Origin: a bacterium
GTDB taxonomy: Bacteria > Patescibacteriota > Saccharimonadia > CAILAD01 > GCA-016700035
Assembly (NCBI GenBank): GCA_016700035.1
Contig: CP064998.1
Coordinates: 267,848 to 331,847 of the forward strand
DNA length: 64,000 bases
Reading direction: 5' to 3'
Part shown: positions 58,161 to 64,000 of the stretch, piece after piece
Layout: each line of letters begins with the position of its first letter
Position numbering within the stretch: the first letter of the stretch is position 1
Notes under the pieces: generated by a model
The model's database searches: none
What the model was told of the DNA's origin: nothing
The model's input: only the letters and a program-made list of their open reading frames with translations
Program-made: the position numbers and the translations under genes

Positions 58161-60833
58161 GTGAAGAAAAAGTTACAACGAAGAACAGCAGTAGTTAAAA
58201 GTCATATTGTGGCTCGGCTGGAAGTAGTTATTCCGTGCCATAACGAAGCCGAGACGCTACGGGATAATATTGAAAAAGTTGTTGCGTTTTTGGCGCAAAA
58301 TTTTTCTGATGACTGGTATATATCCATCGTAGATAGTGGTAGTACTGATGACACGCGAAAGATCGCTCAAGATTTAGCTCATAATTATAAGTCGGTGAAA
58401 GTACTTACTATAAATGAGCCTGGTCGAGGGTTGGCGCTTCGGATGGCAATTCGAGCCAGTCGGGCAGAATTTCTAGTATACATGGATGAAGATTTGTCGA
58501 CCGATTTGGAAATTGTTCCTCAGATACTAGAAGCACTTGATAAGCAACCAAAGACTTTTATAACTGCTAGTCGATTCATGCGAGAGTCGGTAGTTCGTCG
58601 TAGTTGGTTAAGGCGGGTTATGTCGATTGGCTATTCGTGGCTAGCACGGATATTTTTATCAATTAACGTTAAAGACCTGCAGTGTGGCTGTAAGGGTTTT
58701 CGCGTGAGTGACGTGAAGCCGATATTGGCTAAGGTGCAGGATAATCAGTGGTTTTTTGATACAGAGCTTTTTTATAGGGCGCGACAAGATGGATATAGCC
58801 TAGTGGAGCTGCCAGCACACTGGCAAGAGTCAAGCCGGACAAGCGTACGGTATGGCTCAACGATTTATAGATTTCTACGCGGGTTGAATCGTTTGGCACA
58901 TGAACGCAGTAAGTGGCGCCATCTGGATGCAGTAATTTTGGCCTCTCTACTAATATTGTTTTCAGGCCTGACAATACCCGCACTGTTAAAAAATGGTTGG
59001 GCAAATTCTTACTATACAGCCGCGGCATTAGCGGGCGCTAAAAGTTGGCAAGCCTTTTTCTTTGGGGGTTTTGATATGGCTGGTTATATATCCGTAGATA
59101 AGCCGCCTCTTGCAATATGGGTATCGGCCTTATCGGTGCGGATTTTAGGAACGCATGGTTGGGCGGTGCTTTTGCCCCATGTTTTAGCCGGCATAGCGAC
59201 AATGGCTGTAGTTTATGTGATGGTGAGGCGTTATTTTGGTACATTATCAGCTTGGGTGGCAGGTGTGTTTTTTGCCTTTACGCCAATTGCGGTAGTGGTT
59301 TTTAGATACAACAATCCTGATGCCGTTTTAACTCTTTGCCTAACATTAGCCACTTACGCTTTTTTGCGAACCCTCGAACGGCCAAGTTGGCGCTGGTCAA
59401 TATTGGCCGGCAGTATGGTTGGTGCGGCCTTTATGACGAAGATGCTCCAAGCGCTGATAGTGGTTCCGGTATTTATAGTGGGTTATTTTATGTTTGCCAA
59501 GCCAAATTGGCGTCAGCGCTGGCGCGATCTAATTGTGGCGTCATCAGCATTCTTAATTGCCTCTTTGTGGTGGCCGATTGTAGTGTGGGTAACGCCAGCA
59601 AGCAGTAGGCCATACATCGGCGGAACGGTTACGAATAATATATGGGAATTGATTGTTGGTTATAACGGATTAAATCGGTTACTTGGCAAGGATTGGTATC
59701 AGCCCACTGGCGAATTGCTGGGGGCAGCATTTGGTGGCCATATTGGAATCTTGCGATTTTTTAATGAGGCTTTTGGCTCGGTGATAGCCTGGGCACTCCC
59801 GTTAGCGTTATTGCTTGGAGGATTGTTGGTGACGCAGATGTGGCAAGCAAGAGCTTCGAAGCAATTTCGGGCAGTTGTGGTTTGGCTATTATTCGTCGGT
59901 TTGCATATTCTAACGATTAGCTTTACAAAAGGTACAATTCACCCCCACTATGCTGTTGTGATAGCTCCTATGGTAGCCTCGTTAGTTGCGGTGGCTTTTT
60001 GGTATTTTCGCGAAATAATTTTATTGCGCGACTATGATTCATGGGGGCTACTCTTAGGGATATTAATTATTGTTTTTAGCGCTAGTTTATTGCCTCTGTT
60101 TTTCTGGAAGGGAAGAGTATGGCCTCTATGGATAGTTGCGGTATCGATTGGCCTGGCGGTATTGGTGTTTGGTTTTTACGTGGTAGGGCGATTACGGAAA
60201 AGTAGTAGATTATTGTTGATTACTTGCTGGCTAGCTAGCTTGGCGCTGATTTTTGCACCGGCCGTATCAAGCTTAGCATCGGCACAATCTCAGCAGAGTG
60301 GGTTTATTATTTCAGCCGAGCCACTATCGGCAGATGTGTTAAAGCTTTGGCCTCCAGCTACTGAGTTACCGCCATTGATAAAGGACTTTTTGGAGCAGAA
60401 TAGGGGGTCTACCAAGTGGATTGCCACTTCAATTACTAGCTATGATGTATCGGCAGTAGAGATTTCAACTGGCCAGCCGGCTATGGCAATTGGTGGCTTT
60501 AGTGGTGTTGATAACCCGATGAGTTTGAATGAGTTTATAGATAAAGTTAAGTCTGGTGAGGTACGTTATTTTATAGTTAATCGGCGCCAATCTAGTGAGG
60601 TTAGGCAATGTGGGCTGACTTTTCGATTTGATGCTCGCAAGGAAAATAATAGCCGCACGCGAGTTGAGCAGTGTGATGTAGCCAAACTAGATCATGATGA
60701 AAAATCATCCAATAATATTGCTGTTTGGGCGCAACAACACAGTCGTATTGGCGAGGTGGAGTTTAAAGACTGGGAAATTTACGACTTGAGCTCTAAACTT
60801 GTGCCACCTAATGCTGCCGGGCCGACTCATTAA
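58161..60833 (+). CDS. Fused glycosyltransferase: N-terminal GT2 (polyprenol-phosphate sugar synthase-like) + C-terminal GT-C fold PMT/ArnT-like (PMT_2/YkcB-type) domain
   Basis: GT2 part: 'VVIPCHNEAETL', 'ISIVDSGSTDDT', 'YMDEDLSTD'. The C-terminal ~550 aa has ≥11 TM helices and an early 'DKPPLAIW' loop typical of PMT/ArnT family GT-C enzymes. Confidence 0.7.
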   Translation: MKKKLQRRTAVVKSHIVARLEVVIPCHNEAETLRDNIEKVVAFLAQNFSDDWYISIVDSGSTDDTRKIAQDLAHNYKSVKVLTINEPGRGLALRMAIRASRAEFLVYMDEDLSTDLEIVPQILEALDKQPKTFITASRFMRESVVRRSWLRRVMSIGYSWLARIFLSINVKDLQCGCKGFRVSDVKPILAKVQDNQWFFDTELFYRARQDGYSLVELPAHWQESSRTSVRYGSTIYRFLRGLNRLAHERSKWRHLDAVILASLLILFSGLTIPALLKNGWANSYYTAAALAGAKSWQAFFFGGFDMAGYISVDKPPLAIWVSALSVRILGTHGWAVLLPHVLAGIATMAVVYVMVRRYFGTLSAWVAGVFFAFTPIAVVVFRYNNPDAVLTLCLTLATYAFLRTLERPSWRWSILAGSMVGAAFMTKMLQALIVVPVFIVGYFMFAKPNWRQRWRDLIVASSAFLIASLWWPIVVWVTPASSRPYIGGTVTNNIWELIVGYNGLNRLLGKDWYQPTGELLGAAFGGHIGILRFFNEAFGSVIAWALPLALLLGGLLVTQMWQARASKQFRAVVVWLLFVGLHILTISFTKGTIHPHYAVVIAPMVASLVAVAFWYFREIILLRDYDSWGLLLGILIIVFSASLLPLFFWKGRVWPLWIVAVSIGLAVLVFGFYVVGRLRKSSRLLLITCWLASLALIFAPAVSSLASAQSQQSGFIISAEPLSADVLKLWPPATELPPLIKDFLEQNRGSTKWIATSITSYDVSAVEISTGQPAMAIGGFSGVDNPMSLNEFIDKVKSGEVRYFIVNRRQSSEVRQCGLTFRFDARKENNSRTRVEQCDVAKLDHDEKSSNNIAVWAQQHSRIGEVEFKDWEIYDLSSKLVPPNAAGPTH

Positions 60834-60917
60834 ATAGAAGACCTTGTTTATTGGTATTAAACTAGTTATGATTACATGGAAGATATATTAATCGTAGTCA
60901 GTTAAGGATAAGGACAT

Positions 60918-63506
60918 ATGCCAACAAAAACTCCCAGTCTAATCAATAGTAGATCCAACATCAGTTTACGCTGGAACAATCTATGGCTACTAGTGGCTGT
61001 ATTTGTGGTGCTCTCATTGGCAGTTGGTTATTTTGCTCTACCATATGTACGGGCTGCTGGTGAAATTAACCAAATAGGGTGTATTAACTGTCCGCCAGAT
61101 GGGGCATTTGGCTTACGAGATGCTGGCGATGTAGCTATCGACACGAGTGGTAATGTATATGTTACGCGCAATGATAATACGAGCCATATAGTTAAGCTTG
61201 ACTCTGCCGGTAATATGGTTAGTTCATTCGGGCCATACGGAACTGGTAACGCTGAGTTTGAGGGGGTTCGGGGAATTGCAGTTGATAGCTCCAATAGTAT
61301 TTATGTGATAGAGGGTACATATAATAAGGTTAAAAAGTTTAATTCAGACGGTACATTTGTTTTAGAGTGGGACGGTAGTGCAGGTGCTGGCGGTCAACTC
61401 AGTAATCCTGCCGATCTCGCGGTGGACTCCAGTGGTAATATCCTTGTGGTAGATACCAATAATAATCGTATTCAAAAGTTTAACAGCTCAGGCGTGTATC
61501 AATCAGATTTTGGCAGTAATGGTACTGGTGATGGGCAGTTTAGTTATCCTTCCGATCTCACGGTGGACTCCAGTGGTAATATTTATGTTGCAGATACCGA
61601 CAATCATCGTATTCAAAAGTTTAACAGCTCAGGCGTGTATCAGTCACAGTTTGGCAGTAATGGTACTGGTGATGGGCAGTTTAGTTATCCACGCGGGATT
61701 ACAATAGATAGTGCAGATAATATTTATGTTGCAGACACCTCTAATAATCGCATTCAAAAGTTTAATAGCTCTCATGTATTCCAGACGGAATGGGGTAGTA
61801 GCGCAAGTTCTTATGGTGCTGAACCGGGAGAGATGAGCGGGCCTAAAGGTATAGCACACGATAGTAGTAATAATATATATATCGCCGATCAATATAACAA
61901 TCGCGTACAGAAATTTACTTCAACTGGTAGCCTAATTACCCAATATGGAACTACAGGATTAAGCTCATACGGTGGCTATGAAGACTCTTATGGTAATGGT
62001 GGGTCTGGTAATAATGTGCGTTTCAATACACCCGCTGGAACAGCAGTAGATCATGATGGTAATACCTATGTGAGTGATGCAGATAATAGTAGGATTATGA
62101 AGTTTAATAGCGCTGGTAATTTTGTTAGCCAGATTGCTAGTAGCTCAGTGGGCTCATATGGCGAGCCATCCAATGGTTCGAATAATGGAGAGTTTGAGTA
62201 TCCTATGGGTATGGTGACCGATGCTAGCAATAACCTTTATGTTGCAGATGTTGGCAATAACCGCATCCAGAAATTTAACAGCTCAGGAGCTCATCAACTT
62301 AGCTTTGGTGGCAACGGACCATATGGAGGTGGTAGTGGGGATGGTCAACTTATGATGCCATTCGACGTTGCCTTGGATGGGACGGGCAATATATATGTTG
62401 CCGATATGTCCAATGACCGTTTGCAGAAGTTTGATTCGAGTGGGAACTATCTTGCTAAGACTACTAGTGCTGTGTCTTCACTGGGTGGAGTGGTGTCGGC
62501 TGAAAGTTTTGGTGATGTTCAGATGCTTGGCGGTGTTGATGCTAGTGAAGCTGGAGGGCCGGTATCTGTGGCGGTTGGACCAGATGGAAATGTTTGGGCG
62601 CTGACGTATGGTAAGCTACTTAAATACAGCGCCAATCTAGAGCCAATTCAAAATTGGGATATTTCAGATGGCTTTACGTATATGAGCATCGGAGTTAGGG
62701 TGGATAAGGATAATAATGTTTATATTGGGCAATTTAATGACAGTGGCCCTGGTGGTCGGTTACTAAAATTTGATTCAAGCGGCAATCAGGTGGGCGTATG
62801 GGATGATGGGTATCGTATGGATGAATTTATGCCTATGCTCCCAGCAATCGATCCGGAGATTGATGGACGCTTGGCGGTGCCTAGTGTGATGCAGAATAAA
62901 GTTGTCTTCCTCTGCGACACCGATGTCTCCACCAATAACTGCTCTGGCCCTAACGATGGTGGTGGCAACTCTGGTGGTGGAGAGGAATCTAGTACCTACT
63001 TCTACAACAACTCATCCAATGATTCCATCACTTATCTAATAGCCCCAGACACTGCTACTAACTTCTCTCTGTCTGGTGTAGACTACGCTAGTTTACAAAA
63101 AGATGGATCTAATCTCTTCCCAGCTGGTCTCACAAGCTTTAACTTTGACGCCACCCCTAACTCTGCTACCACCATTACTATCTACTACGATCTACCCGGT
63201 GCTCCAACAGGCTACACAGCTCGTAAATACAATACCGCCAATCAAACCTATGCCGATATTCCAGGAGCTACCATTACCCGAGAAGACTACAGCGGTAAGA
63301 GTCGTCTAAAGCTAACTTACTCCATCACAGACAATGGACCACTCGATCAAGATCCTACTCCAGGCCACGTAGTAGACCCAGTTGGTCTAGCTACTACCTC
63401 TGCCTTTCTAGCTAGTACTGGTCTAAACTTCTGGCTCTATGTAGTTGGAGCCATCAGCCTACTTGGTGCTGGTAGCTATCTAGTCCGTCAGTACAGTCGG
63501 CGGTAG
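60918..63506 (+). CDS. NHL-repeat surface protein with stalk domain and LASTG sorting signal (paralogue of 15590-18151)
   Basis: 'NNRIQKFNSSG' NHL motifs. C-terminal 590 nt are about 93 % identical (by eye) to 17575-18151. Ends 'LASTGLNFWLYVVGAISLLGAGSYLVRQYSRR'. Confidence 0.7.
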   Translation: MPTKTPSLINSRSNISLRWNNLWLLVAVFVVLSLAVGYFALPYVRAAGEINQIGCINCPPDGAFGLRDAGDVAIDTSGNVYVTRNDNTSHIVKLDSAGNMVSSFGPYGTGNAEFEGVRGIAVDSSNSIYVIEGTYNKVKKFNSDGTFVLEWDGSAGAGGQLSNPADLAVDSSGNILVVDTNNNRIQKFNSSGVYQSDFGSNGTGDGQFSYPSDLTVDSSGNIYVADTDNHRIQKFNSSGVYQSQFGSNGTGDGQFSYPRGITIDSADNIYVADTSNNRIQKFNSSHVFQTEWGSSASSYGAEPGEMSGPKGIAHDSSNNIYIADQYNNRVQKFTSTGSLITQYGTTGLSSYGGYEDSYGNGGSGNNVRFNTPAGTAVDHDGNTYVSDADNSRIMKFNSAGNFVSQIASSSVGSYGEPSNGSNNGEFEYPMGMVTDASNNLYVADVGNNRIQKFNSSGAHQLSFGGNGPYGGGSGDGQLMMPFDVALDGTGNIYVADMSNDRLQKFDSSGNYLAKTTSAVSSLGGVVSAESFGDVQMLGGVDASEAGGPVSVAVGPDGNVWALTYGKLLKYSANLEPIQNWDISDGFTYMSIGVRVDKDNNVYIGQFNDSGPGGRLLKFDSSGNQVGVWDDGYRMDEFMPMLPAIDPEIDGRLAVPSVMQNKVVFLCDTDVSTNNCSGPNDGGGNSGGGEESSTYFYNNSSNDSITYLIAPDTATNFSLSGVDYASLQKDGSNLFPAGLTSFNFDATPNSATTITIYYDLPGAPTGYTARKYNTANQTYADIPGATITREDYSGKSRLKLTYSITDNGPLDQDPTPGHVVDPVGLATTSAFLASTGLNFWLYVVGAISLLGAGSYLVRQYSRR

Positions 63507-63594
63507 AAAGTGAGCCCCATAGTAGGGGATTTTAAACCGCTGGCATATAGTGAATATGCAAAACATAACCTCTATGCTAAACTTTAACTAAGCA

Positions 63595-63612
63595 TTAGCA
63601 CTTAAGTACTAA
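63595..63612. promoter_or_regulatory. Second copy of the palindromic upstream element (TTAGCACTTAAGTACTAA)
   Basis: Part of a ~90-nt region near-identical to 53771-53847. Confidence 0.3.
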
Positions 63613-63645
63613 TAAAGCACTCTAATAAAGGGATTTATACTTTTA

Positions 63646-64000
63646 ATGAACCAACTAATAGCTAAGTTAATACACCAGCCAACAACCAAGCTTAAAACTA
63701 ATCTATCTACAGCTACCCAGTCCATCAAAACCGACAGTATAACTAACACAACCAAAAGACTAAACTACCTAACTCTTAGCCTACTAATAAGCCTAACCTC
63801 AATACTGCCAATACTACTACCAGCTACAGCTAATGCTGCCCCATCCACCCCACCAGATAGTTGCTTTGACTACACCACCAACCTAGGTGAAGTAACAATT
63901 ACCGATTACTACGACCACGAAGCCAACAACAACTCCAATCCCGCCTGTACCAGAGAAGTTATTATACCTAGCATTATTGGCGGTAACTCTGTAACTTCTA
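63646..64000 (+). CDS. Mosaic surface protein, 3'-truncated by window end: BNR-cassette-type N-terminal leader fused to LRR-cassette-type signal peptide/LRR start
   Basis: 'MNQLIAKLIHQPTTKLKTNLSTATQSIKT' matches the N-terminus of 53848. '…LLPATANAAPSTPPDSCF…YYDHEANNNSNPACTREVIIPS' matches the mature N-terminus of the LRR proteins 21127 and 56484. Confidence 0.5.
   Translation, partial: MNQLIAKLIHQPTTKLKTNLSTATQSIKTDSITNTTKRLNYLTLSLLISLTSILPILLPATANAAPSTPPDSCFDYTTNLGEVTITDYYDHEANNNSNPACTREVIIPSIIGGNSVTS

Overview
The window looks like a ~64 kb chromosomal segment from a small-genome, Gram-positive-type bacterium with ~45-50 % GC. The gene set would fit a Patescibacteria/Saccharibacteria-like epibiont, but that is my inference from content (class I LysRS, short EF-Ts, Rpf-type transglycosylase, many sortase-anchored repeat proteins) and is not proven.

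The housekeeping backbone is well supported by recognisable protein motifs:
- rplU, parA-parB, signal peptidase I, an LCP-family transferase and an HtrA protease.
- prfA-prmC, rpmE, and rpsB-tsf-frr.
- rseP, a CPBP protease, and mreB-mreC-mreD-mrdA.
- greA, class I lysyl-tRNA synthetase, serS-hpf, secA and prfB (with no programmed frameshift).
- An ABC exporter, murA, and ftsE-ftsX followed by two PcsB-like coiled-coil/CHAP hydrolases.

Three things stand out as worth a second look.

1. Repeated surface-protein cassettes at 15.5-23.2 kb and 53.8-64.0 kb.
- They combine three unrelated N-terminal architectures: NHL beta-propeller, BNR/Asp-box beta-propeller and BspA-type leucine-rich repeat.
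- All three carry the same ~100-aa C-terminal stalk domain ending in an LAxTG-type sorting signal (LASTG, then a TM helix, then RR/RRK).
- The C-terminal module is about 93 % identical at the nucleotide level between copies (by eye) while the N-terminal halves have diverged. That pattern suggests gene conversion or domain shuffling.
- One BNR copy carries a 1-nt frameshift and contains perfect 153- and 182-bp intragenic tandem duplications.
- A gene remnant and a duplicated promoter module with an 18-bp perfect palindrome accompany the cassettes.
- A fused GT2 + GT-C (PMT/ArnT-like) glycosyltransferase sits inside cassette B. I read this as a candidate surface O-glycosylation system.

2. An ~8.7 kb block of uncharacterised genes (36.1-44.8 kb) between secA and prfB.
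- It contains a 1033-aa coiled-coil/glycine-zipper protein with a small helical partner, an acidic 476-aa protein, and two membrane or secreted proteins.
- The stretch 39.7-43.4 kb is markedly high-GC (up to about 65-68 %) and carries GC-rich hairpin terminators, yet is driven by an AT-rich native-type promoter. I interpret this as horizontal acquisition from a high-GC (actinobacterial-type) donor; an assembly chimera is the alternative.
- A DUF11 protein anchored by an LPQTG sorting signal follows the block.

3. Smaller high-GC patches at 7.4-8.3 kb and 11.8-12.1 kb, each encoding small membrane or Cys-rich proteins with strong Shine-Dalgarno sequences.

I saw no rRNA, tRNA, CRISPR array, transposase or integrase in the window.
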